Of a stretch of 64,000 nt of DNA, positions 36,534 to 47,534 are shown in pieces. The position numbers were made by a program, and so were the translations under genes. The stretch is from Paragordius varius (taxonomy: Eukaryota; Animalia; Nematomorpha). Below the pieces are notes generated by a model. It worked only from the letters and a program-made list of their open reading frames with translations. It did not search any database and was not told the DNA's origin. Positions within the stretch are counted from its first letter, which is position 1, and each line of letters opens with the position of its first letter. The stretch spans positions 6,758,001 to 6,822,000 of the forward strand of contig OZ176054.1 of NCBI GenBank assembly GCA_964247055.1, in the 5' to 3' direction.

Positions 36534-39500
36534 TTATATATTGTTTTCATTTCGGCTCATTTCGACAATTTGGTTTGTTTATACTTTCGATAACTAGGGA
36601 ATTAGCAAATTATATGTTTCATCAAGACAAATCATTTGTTTTGAAAAATTACGAGATATCCAATTTTTTATCTGCATTTATTAGGTACGATAATTATTAA
36701 ATATATTTTTGATTATGTTACATTTATCATTTTTTATCTATATATAGAACGCCAAAACAACCACCATGTTAATGAATACCTTCAATACTATCTATAACAA
36801 TGGTCATCATCACTCAAATACAACTATTATGTCTGGAATGCAACATTTGCAATTAAACTCCGTTTATCAACCGCATGCCACAAACAATATTTATGGGTCT
36901 GCTAGAATTCCGGACGAATCCAATATGAATGCTATATATGGTACTTCTTACATGAAGGGAAATCAACCTAATATAGGTCAAAATAGTGATAATTTTAATG
37001 GAAATACAAAATTTTTGCAACAACAACAGCAAAAACACCCCAATTACGTCAATATTGAATTAAATGCCAATGAAAATGGTAGAATGATTATATCGCCACA
37101 AAAAATTGCCAGCACAAACGGTATATTGGATTTTTAATTAATTTTCGTTTATTTTTAATATATAAGAACTAAATATACCTATCAGTATTCCTTACAAAAG
37201 TCAAATTGTAAAAAAAAGTTGGCTTATTAATTAAAATTTTTTCCAAAATTTATTTATCTGTGAAAAATGTATAATATCTATTCTACAAACCTTTGTATAA
37301 AAAAATTATAAATATTTGCACCTTGTTTTTTGACTAAATTTGCTGCATTCCCCCATTTTATTTTGATACTAACTAAGTATTAAAATATTGAAAAACTCTA
37401 TGTTTAGGCGTTGTTTATACGTAAAAAACTCTTTGGAGAACTTTATGTTTATTTGTTTCTATGCAAAACAAAATTAGAAATCATGTCTTCATCATGTTCC
37501 CGACCAACAACCATTATGAATGAAATGAAAAATGGTATAGGAACTGGATTTGTTTCCTCCCTAAATGGTTTCGTTCCCTTATCACCTATGGAAATGCCAG
37601 CTCCAATCGACCTTCCACCCTTGATTAATGGCACTCATAATGCTTTCATTGAAAATAGCAATCTCATGATGTACAATAATAATGGTCAATATGTACAAGG
37701 TAAGAACGCATAATGGGATATTTTAAAAATTTTCTTTGTGGATTAAATTAAAGAAATAAGTTTTGTTTATATAATTGGTAAGTTAAAAAACACGATTTTG
37801 GTATTAGCGGTTGAAATTATAAATAAATATAAAAATCTCAATACATATAATTTTTTTATTTAAAGTAATAATAAAACATATTAAACTTTGTTAGAGTCTT
37901 AACATATTTGATATCAAATTATATCAGTAAAACCTGACTTATTTAACGAAATATTGTTTTTAGGGCAAATTAATTCCATTCCGAAAAATTATATGAGCGT
38001 TTATAATAATCAACCATTACAAAACACTGTACCTTTATCATTTAATATACCTGGTGGAGGAGGCAATCATTTTTCTCCAATGAATAATAATATGCATAGT
38101 AATTTATCTAATAATAATTCAATTTGGATCCCAAACTCAAATGCATTTACAGCGGTAAATACAACAACAACCACAATACTGTTTTCACATTGCTCTACAA
38201 CATCTGGTTTAGTCGCTTCAAACTTATTACTAACTAGTGCAGGACCTATAAATCCTTCTACGAATACCCCTTATTCTCAGAAAATTGGCATTACGACGTT
38301 AACAGCCACGAATAATAAAGATAGTTATGAGCCTACAATTTTATCACCAGAGCAAATTAGTGCTGTTTCTACGAATCCAATAAATAGCAGTGCGAAAAAT
38401 AGCTCAGTTACTCAGAGTCCGGCTAATAGCATAAGACCGGTTCATCCGCCTCCCCCTCTTCCTAGTCCAGCGGTTGTTGTACCTGCGCCACCCCCTCCTC
38501 CCCCTCCCCCACCACCACTAAATTCTTTATTTGCCGCAAAAACACCTACCAAAATTAAAGGCTCTACGGTTGGTCCCATTAATACTACAGATAGAGTCGA
38601 GGCTTTAGGTATATTATACTTTTTTACATACATTTTTTGATTCAACTTTTAGAATCAGAGGAAACTTTGATATTCTTCTAAAACATTTGTTCAACTAATG
38701 GAACCATTTTTTTTCATTTTATAGGCATTTTTATAAATAATCAACTTTTTGAAGGAGTGATTTTGTGAATAAAAATATTATCGTTTGTTGTTTTTATCAT
38801 GGCTAGAGTGTTTTTATTGCCTTACTTTATAGATAAATTAGTAAAATCTATTAACATAAAGAAAGGTATGAAAGTGTCTCAATATCTGTCTATAAGTTGA
38901 ATATTTTATTTGGGGTTTTAATTGTCGATATAACATAAAAATATTTAGGAATGTATCCATTAAAATTTAATTATTAATGGCGAAGTTAATGTATAAACAC
39001 GAACATTTATTTTACCGTTTTTATACTATATAATATACCTGTTTTTTAATAAGGTAATTATTACACAAAAATTTATAATCAAGCATATATTAAATTTTTG
39101 GATTTATCTTAAGAAATAAAATTTTGTCCATAAAATGTTATTTTATTAATATGTTAACTTTATTGTTAGACACCACAAACCTGAAGAATACGATACATGA
39201 TATAACCTCACCTCCATCAAATGGAATAAATGAAACGAATGCGCCCAAACAAACGCAGGCACCGAAACCAGCCTTGCCAAGTTTAAGAGATGATTTACTT
39301 TCCGCTATACGATCTGGTAATAATTTTTTAATTATTTTATCTTCCAAAACACTAAAAAAGATTTAAAAGAAAAAAATAATTATTAAAAAGCATCTACTAT
39401 TTTGACTCAAGTGAAGTTTCATTACAATTGATACTCTCTATAATAAACATTAAATAATGAGTGCATGTTATATACTAATTTTAAACATCGGGTTAAAAAT

Positions 39501-40635
39501 AATTACCAGCTGGGGTTTTATATAGTTATTTTTTATTCGTTTTTCATTCATAGGCGTTCAACTTAAAAAAGTGGCGAGTTGTTCCTCCAACATGCACAAG
39601 AAGAATGATAGTTTTACATCGGCCAAAGGCTCGTTGAAAGGTACTTCACCCTTTAATAATCACAATCAGAACAATAATATTGGCATCAATGGATCCAAAA
39701 ATGGTTTAAATGCGAATAGTCACCATCGTAAAGTTGCAAGTAACTTAAGCATACCTTCGGGAACAGATGTATTAATCGCCAATACTAATGGTAAGGGACA
39801 AAGTTTGCATAGTAGGTCAGGATCCTCTCAACTCAGTTCAACATCATCGATTATTAAGAATGGTGGTTTTGCCAACTTGAATGAGAATGCGAATGATATA
39901 ATAAACGATGATAATAATATGAATGGAATAACGCTAAAAAAGGACTCAAAAATTGGTGTTTTAGCTTTAAAACCACCCTCTGGGTTAGCGGAACATTATG
40001 TAAATGGCGGTGGTTCTGGTTCAACCCCAAGCAATTATTCTGGCCCGATTTCGTCTTTGGGTATGATGTGCTTAAATTTTATAGAATATTTTTTAAAAAA
40101 AAACATATTTGATATAATTTTATAACTTAAATCATGTTTGGATGAAAATTTTTATTATCAACATTTTATATTTATGCCATTTGGGAAAAAATATTTAAAA
40201 ACTGTAAAACAGATGTAATATATTTTAAATGGACGGTCCTATTTAACAAATATTTTAGTTATTACATATGTGGCAAAGGCTTGTTTGTAACAATTTTCAA
40301 AAAACGTACTTAACGAAAACAAAAATTCTAACTTCAAAATATTTTTTATAGGTATGGGAACAGATGTTGCATCTATTTTGGCACGCCGAATAGCTGTGGA
40401 ATATACGGATACCAGCGATCCGGATAGCGATGATCCTGATGGCGCTGAAAATAGCAGTGTAGCCAGTAATGAAATTAATGGCAAAAATTTTGAGGGGAAT
40501 AAAGATGTTCCCTATTGCAATGGAATATCTAATTCTAATGCTCCACCTAAAAATAAGTATGGTCTTACACAACACAATAATGGCCATAAACAGAAATATA
40601 CCAACCCAAAGATTATTGATGAATGGGAAGATTAA
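33114..40635 (+). CDS. WASF: WAVE/SCAR (Wiskott-Aldrich syndrome protein family), greatly expanded, 11 exons, about 1147 aa
   Basis: Exons 33114-33534, 33625-33804, 34141-34272, 34899-35151, 36073-36352, 36748-37120, 37478-37699, 37964-38608, 39170-39316, 39554-40060 and 40352-40635 total 3444 nt with consistent phases. WHD motifs: ICQILRQLAS..LQSRVDR and [31 protein letters not shown].NW. Also poly-Pro, WH2 RDDLLSAIRSGVQLKKV, C region DVASILARRIAVEY and a terminal DEWED. Confidence 0.95.
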
Positions 40636-41120
40636 TATATTTTTTAAAACGATAAAATGGTTGATCCAACATACAGATAAAAAAATGCTTTGTGATACAT
40701 AAATGTCAATAAAATACCATACGTTTGGACCAAATAGTTAGTTTTATCCATGGAATAAACCACCAAATTTTTATGTCGAACCAAATTTTTAAGAAGTCTT
40801 ATTTATGTTGAAAGGATATATTGCATTTACTATTATCTCATAAAATTCTCATGTGCATTTTTGTCATATAATATATGTTATATTTTTTATTTAAAATGAT
40901 TAATTAATTCGCTTTTTTAATTAACGCAATTTTATCGATACAAGCCTATAATTGCATTTAAAAATGTATCTTTTGCTATCAAACTCTATATGTAACATTA
41001 TGTGATGTAAACGCTTTTTCCTCGTTGTAAAAAATTATTTATTTTGGTAATAATCAAGTTAGATATCTGTTTTATACTTTATATTTCATATATAAATATA
41101 TCAATAACTGAAAAATATAT

Positions 41121-42644
41121 TTACGATTCAGAAAATAATAGTTTTGGAGTGTTTTTATCATAAGTATGTCCCGATTCCGTTTTTCTTAACTCAATTTTTT
41201 TGGAAACAACCTTAGATTGTGGATCAACACCAACATTGGTGATTGACGTTTTAAGGATTTTTTCTTTTTTCAATTCCATGGCTAAAAATAGTGCGATAAA
41301 TAGGATAATTATGACACATAATATAACGATTGGCAGTATCTTTGAATACAGCGAAACGTCAAACGCCGAATGACTCTTGTAAAACCAGGCATATTTATCA
41401 TTGAGATTGGTTGAGGAAGCATTTAAGGCACTCACGAGACTTTGAAGTCTATGCGACATTACTGAAAAATATTTTTCTGTCATATTTTGAGCCGAATTCT
41501 GGTGTAATAATCGTATAAGTTCAGCTATATTAAGAGCTGTGGTTTCATTATTTTTTGTTGCATTTGACTCTTCTTTTATTTTGTCTATCAAACATTCATG
41601 GTTAATGTATTGTGATATGTTATACATACCATACGTGGTATTAGTCTCCCCTTTATCGTAACACAGAGTTTTGTGTTGAGCCCGTTCAATTTCGATTTTC
41701 ATCATATTTAGGCCTAGTTCTTTCGATAATGTTATAGGTGTTGTTTTTAGTAAATCTTTATATGTAGTTTTTGTAACAGTTATATTGCTTTTGGATGTTG
41801 TTTCATTCAAGCTTGTAAAATCCTGCCCTTTGGCCTTATTTCTCCGAAAGTTTTTTACCATCAACTCCTGTTCTTTCAATTTATATCTCGCAAATATTAT
41901 CATAATGTCACACGTACACCACAGAGTATTGTCCTCTAATTTAAGCACGGCTAAACTGTAGATAACACGACGCCCTAAAACCTTAATTTGGTTATCCGAT
42001 AAATCTATAAACTGCAATGAATGTGGCAAAGATACGTTAAAGTATTCCAATTCATTCGAATGTAAATCGAGGTAATTCAAATGTTTCATATCTTGAAACG
42101 CATCCCATGCCACGTAGGATAGGACATTGCAACACAATTTAAGTGATTGGAGTTGATTGGTATTATTAATGAAGATTGGATTATCCAAACTCTTTATCCG
42201 GTTTTCATTTAGATTTAGGGTACGCAAGTCAGTTAAATTTTCAAAATAATAAGTTTTTAGTTTCGTTAATTTGTTAAACTCCAAATCTAATCGCTGTAGA
42301 TTTTGGTTTGATGATTCTTGAGTTAAGGCACCAAACTCAATATCACGGATTTGACTTCGGACCCAACTTAACTCTTTAATATGCGTAAAAGTTTTTATAA
42401 AACCGCGTAAAATAATTAAATTATTGACATCAGTCAAGTATAACGTTTCGATTGCTTTGGGTGTTTTATAATCGAATAAATACTTTCTAACGTGAACATA
42501 GCTGACGTTTGCACAATATATGGAACTGTTAGTATCATAACATGGTATAGATGTTCCATTTTTTGCGTCCGTTAAAGCTAAAATTCTATCGAGATAAACC
42601 AAAAAAAAATAAATGAAGAGGGTTGAAAGCAAATGCTTTTGCAT
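41121..42644 (-). CDS. Intronless leucine-rich-repeat transmembrane protein (signal peptide, LRRs, LRRCT, TM, short tail), 507 aa
   Basis: Hydrophobic N-terminus; repeated LxxLxLxxNxL units (LQRLDLEFNKL, LRTLNLNENRI, LNYLDLHSNEL, LQFIDLSDNQI); NTLWCTC LRRCT; TM ILPIVILCVIIILFIALFLAM. Confidence 0.9.
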   Translation of the reverse strand: MQKHLLSTLFIYFFLVYLDRILALTDAKNGTSIPCYDTNSSIYCANVSYVHVRKYLFDYKTPKAIETLYLTDVNNLIILRGFIKTFTHIKELSWVRSQIRDIEFGALTQESSNQNLQRLDLEFNKLTKLKTYYFENLTDLRTLNLNENRIKSLDNPIFINNTNQLQSLKLCCNVLSYVAWDAFQDMKHLNYLDLHSNELEYFNVSLPHSLQFIDLSDNQIKVLGRRVIYSLAVLKLEDNTLWCTCDIMIIFARYKLKEQELMVKNFRRNKAKGQDFTSLNETTSKSNITVTKTTYKDLLKTTPITLSKELGLNMMKIEIERAQHKTLCYDKGETNTTYGMYNISQYINHECLIDKIKEESNATKNNETTALNIAELIRLLHQNSAQNMTEKYFSVMSHRLQSLVSALNASSTNLNDKYAWFYKSHSAFDVSLYSKILPIVILCVIIILFIALFLAMELKKEKILKTSITNVGVDPQSKVVSKKIELRKTESGHTYDKNTPKLLFSES

Positions 42645-42946
42645 AATAATAATAAAATCTACATTACTGATTTAACAATTAAAAATCATTAATAAATGAT
42701 TGTTATAAGATATTGTTTCGCTCTTTTTAAATAACTAATTTTTACTCATATGCTAAATTCCTGATAGAAATAAGGTTAGTTTAGATTGTTTATAGATTAT
42801 TAATACTTTTATCTTCAAATTATTGAGTATAATAGTCTTTTACATACCCGCAATATTGCTACAGTATTTGCCCGTATCATACAGTGGACAAACCGAGGAT
42901 TCATAATTAACGTTAATCATTGCCCTAAAATTATTAACATCCTAAA

Positions 42947-43208
42947 TCTACCATTTACAGTTCAAATTCACCCTTTTCAAATTCACCCTAAAATAAATTA
43001 TGTGTTTTTAAGATTAAAAATCCCTTTATTTAATTATATTTTTAAAATATAAAATTCTGTTTAAAATTAATATAATGCTGAAAAAATAATAAACTATGTC
43101 GTAAAAATATATTTCATATTAATGAGCTATATTAGCCCAAAAACACATAAATTATTTTTAGGGTGAATTTGAATTGTTTAAGGGTGAATTTGAATCGTAA
43201 ATGGTATA
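42947..43208. mobile_element. TA-flanked MITE family D copy
   Basis: TACCATTTACAG ... CGTAAATGGTATA; the body matches 2006-2254. Confidence 0.85.
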
Positions 43209-43443
43209 GTATAAATGGGACGTTTCTTAAACTCACATTATTTTCCTTTAGATAGCATTAGATGGACCATCTAGGATTGGACCTTTAAAACTCGAGGCAA
43301 TTAATTGAACATACTTTGCACTCTAAATTCCCCAATCTTCGCTAAAAATGAAAAGGGTTAGACCATTTTTCTCAGGCATAAATGAAAAATCGGCCACATT
43401 GTTTGATATGACTGAAGGTCCAAATTATGACAGTTTAGGGTAA

Positions 43444-43731
43444 TATACCATTTATAGTTAAAATGGACCCTTAAATTCAAATCCACCCTTGAATAATTTA
43501 AATTTAGCCTTGAACAATTAAAATTCACCCTAAAATATATGTGTTTTTTAATTTTAAAAATTACCCATATTTTTTTATATTTTTATAAAATGAAATTTCG
43601 TTTAAAATTAATATAATACTGAAAAATTAATAAACTATGCCATAAGAATATATCTTATATTAATGATGAGTTATATTAGCCCGAAAACACATAATTTATT
43701 TTTAGGGTGAATTTAAATCGTAAATGGTATA
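43444..43731. mobile_element. TA-flanked MITE family D copy
   Basis: TATACCATTTATAG ... CGTAAATGGTATA; the body matches 2797-3069. Confidence 0.85.
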
Positions 43732-44928
43732 TATCGAAGTTTATTTAGGGGCTTTTTAAACATCAGGGGCAATGCCAATAATTTGACATTTAAAACTCGT
43801 CCGTACATATTATTTTAAATTTTTTTGGACAAATAAATTTTTTAAATCAAATATATTCTTATCAAAACGATTTCTTTTCATGATTTGTTTACAAGAAAAA
43901 TTTCGCCAAAACTAATTTAAATATTTAAACTATGTAGTTGTTTAAAAACGCTTAATTTGGATAAAAGTCACGTCACATCTAAAAGGATCTAACAATATAG
44001 AAAAATCATTAATAAATGATTGTTATATAATTTTTCTCATAATTTCAATGTATTTTGCATTTTTGTCTTATTTCATGGATGGCTTAAAGGTTTTTTGTAT
44101 TTATTTTATATTTTATCATTACTCCTTTCTCCAAATTATTGCGTTTATGTACACGAATAACTTACCGCAAAATTTCTGCATTTATTTGTTTTCCGTTTTA
44201 TTTATGTGGGCAAATCAATGAGTATAATTGTCTAAAAATTATTGATAGCCTGAGTAGTTTTAATGATTCGACATTTATACAAACCGATATTATACGTTTC
44301 TATTAGTTTTGATATTAAATTAGGATCGTGGATTGGACCTTTAACATATAAAGGCATTGATTTTACTTTATTATGCCTCAATTCCACAATCCTTAGTTAT
44401 AATAAAAATAATTAGGCCACTTCAAGCAAAAATGAATTAAACATTCATTATATTGTGTGATACGACGGGGGGGGGGGGGGGGGTGAAAATTTTGGAAAGA
44501 TTTTAGGGATGTAATGTATCGAATCATTAGGTGGCCTTTTAATCACCAAGTGTTTTACCAATAATCTCATATTTAATAATTCAAATTCTCCCCGCAAATT
44601 ATGTATAATGGGCATCAAACCAAATATTTTATTCTTTTAAATGAATATTGGTTTTCATAATAAATTTTTTTAGAGGATAGCCACCCTTAGATACTGTATT
44701 TTAAGATTCGTCATATCATAGATGAACTAAACAATCTCATAGCATTTGACAGTGATTCTGTTCAACATATAATATCTGGCTTTTCTAATTTAAGTAAGTA
44801 TTTTTCAGATTGCGCCATAACCAATTTAAATGCCCAAACTATGCTACAAAAATAGCTGTTTAGAAAACGCTTAACTTGTTATTTAAAGTAACACTAAATC
44901 TTATGGGCATCGGGCATTTGTATATACC

Positions 44929-44955
<27 letters not shown>
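44929..44955. repeat. (TG)n microsatellite, followed by a degenerate CA-rich tract (about 45010-45150)
   Basis: Read directly from the sequence. Confidence 0.95.
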
Positions 44956-44959
<4 letters not shown>

Positions 44960-45429
44960 GCTTATGAAGTGAAGACAGCCGAAATCAACCATGAACAAAC
45001 GCGTTGAATCATATGCACATATATACACATCCACCCCATAATTTTATACACATGAACACACAACACATATTACACACATACGCTTATATACACATATACA
45101 CACACGCATACACATAAATACACACACAAACATTCGCACACACACCTACATATTCAGCCGCATAAAAACTTAACGCTCGCTATCTTTTATTATTTGTGAT
45201 TGTTTTTATTGAGAATAATAAACGAAGAACCAACTCCAGCTTTTGGTCTTATTTGAAAGATATATTTCTAGAATAACTAAAAAGATAGAATTAAACTTCG
45301 AGGACAATTTAAAACGAAAGCCTGTTGTTAAAAACAAAATCATAATTTATATTTTTTATGCCATAAGCAATTGGTTTATACTATGCAAAGTTTATTAAAT
45401 ATATTAGGCAATCAATAACCATTCTCAAT

Positions 45430-46180
45430 CCACACATTCGAATGAACGTCAAATGTAAAATCGCAAAGTGACTCGTGAAATTCTGCTTTAATGTCACGAA
45501 AACAATCATTTTTGCATTGAATTGGACGGGTGACGAGAAATGGCTTTATATTGTATGAGAACTTATCCTTGACAAGCCGGTCCATCGACACCAAGACCAA
45601 ATCACTTCGGCATGAAGACCATGCTCTGTGTCTGATTAAGACCTTTTGACGTGAAACCGCTAAACAACGCTCTCACCAACAAATGAATAAACCATGTGTT
45701 AAAAAACAACCGGAATGGGCTAGAGGACATTGCAAAGTGATTTTGATACATAATGATCCATCTCACACACCAAAACCAGTGAAAGACGCCTTAAAAACCT
45801 TGGATAAGATATTCTTTCGCATCCAATAAACTTTCCTGACCTAACGCCATCTGGCTAATGCCAGGAACATGGCTTGCATTTCTGGCGCCCGGTGCAAGAT
45901 TCCGTGATGGCGCCCCCCTTCTCCTTTATGCAACCCGTTGGATTTTTAAATATAATCGAATTCATATGACCACTCGTAAATGGGTGAATCTTTATGTATT
46001 ATTTAAAATAACTTTCAAATACCTATCTTTTGAAATAATTCAAAAAATTTAAAATCCGGCCCCCCTTGAACTATGGCGCCCCGTGCATCAGCTTCCCTTT
46101 CCATCTCGCTACGCCTCTGGCTAATGCAATATCGCATCCGCATGATTTTATCGGATTTTAAATTTAAACATACTACTTAT
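45430..46180 (+). pseudogene. Mariner (DD34D, Mos1-like) transposase remnant, interrupted by a MITE
   Basis: SFLH*I.TGDEKW, PRPNHFGMKTMLCV, KKQPEW..KVILIHN.PSHT.KPVKDALKTL and PDLTPS are recognisable through frameshifts. Confidence 0.85.
45862..46119 (-). mobile_element. hAT-type MITE family C copy 2, nested in the mariner remnant
   Basis: Perfect 8-bp TSD GCTAATGC (45854-45861 and 46120-46127); the body is the reverse complement of 21615-21859. Confidence 0.88.
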
Positions 46181-47129
46181 TATTTAAATATTAATTATTA
46201 ATTAAATTCTTTTATAATTCAACCCTTTTACGGTATAAATTGGATCAAAATTGACGAATATTTAGTAATGCACAACGAATCTAAAAATGGACGTCTTGGT
46301 GTACAAATAGGTAGCAAACCGTTGTTTGAGAATCGAATGTAAGAAACAATTTTTTAAACTTATTACAATGAAGAAACGGAGTAACATGTAAAATACAAAT
46401 CCTCTTAATTAAGGTTTCGTTTGCCAAATTTATGACTGGATATTGTTTGGAAAACATTAAATAAAATAAAAACGCAGTACCAACCGGGTGCAAAGAATTT
46501 TTGGTTTGGAACTAAGCTTGTTGATGATCAGATGGTTACACATTTATTTTTTTGATTTCGGTCTCTTTATTTTATAAGAGAAAAAATGGCAAAATAAGAA
46601 ACAGCAATTCTGTTGAATGGTTTTATCCAAATCTTGGACGTAATTCTTTAAAATGAACATCTATATAAAAAGGTTAATATATTAAAGATCACTAAATAAA
46701 ATCTAAGAGACATCATATTTTTCAAAACTATTTGAATCAGCGGGAAAATCATTGGCTCTAATCGCAAAATGTGCAATTACAGTTTCGCAAAAATGGTGGC
46801 ATCCCTATAATCGATTCTCATACCATTAAATATAGTAGCTAAGATCCCTCATACTCAAAATCAAATTGTTTTTCGCAACTGCCTTATCAATATTAATTGG
46901 AAAAATATTACATATAGCAATGCAAAAAGCCAACAAGAATGGGTGTAACTGCTTGGACGAACTATGAACCCGTATATTAAATAGACTTGAGTCATTTTTT
47001 TATCTTATAATATAGCAAAGGTAAAAATCTGAATCAAGTGTTTATTTGGATTTTCTCTTACAAAATATGGAATTCTATTATATTCAATTGTTAATAATAT
47101 AATAAATTCAATTTATTAAAATAACTAAT

Positions 47130-47534
47130 TTATACAACTCTATATTTTAATACATGATTGGGATTGTTTATAAAATATCTTGCCTTTTCACATCCACAAC
47201 ATTTTATTTTGTATTGTGGGTATTTCTGTAGTTTGGCTAAAAATAAGACATGCAATACTTTTTGGAATTACAGTAACGGTACAAGAAATATTAGGAACTA
47301 ATAACAAATAGCAGTGTTTACAAAATTGACGTTTAATATCGTAAGAGCTAAAAATATCAAATTTTATACATTCTTAAATAGGCCTTTTTTGCTATATTAA
47401 AAATTTCTCTTCCGTAATACCGTAACAGATTAAAATTTAGATGCTTTTGATCAATTAATATATAGCAACTCTATATTTATTAATGTAGATACCTGATATA
47501 AAAAATTTATACGGTCAGCACAATCCACATTCAT
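47130..47534 (-). CDS. RPP21: Ribonuclease P protein subunit p21 (Rpr2/RPP21), 4 exons, 112 aa
   Basis: Exons 47534-47493, 47470-47370, 47347-47259 and 47236-47130 are joined by three 22-nt GT-AG introns. They give MNVDCADRINFLYQSCYIL..LLRYYGREIFNIAKKAYLRISYDIKRQFCKHCYLLLVPNISCTV..KCCGCEKARYFINNPNHVL, with the R.NFLYQ motif and both CxxC zinc-ribbon pairs. The start codon is inferred. Confidence 0.9.

Noticed and set aside
44466-44484. Isolated poly-G run (and poly-C run at about 16661-16673) as G-quadruplex elements
   Set aside because: Simple homopolymers with no supporting context; their length is prone to sequencing error.
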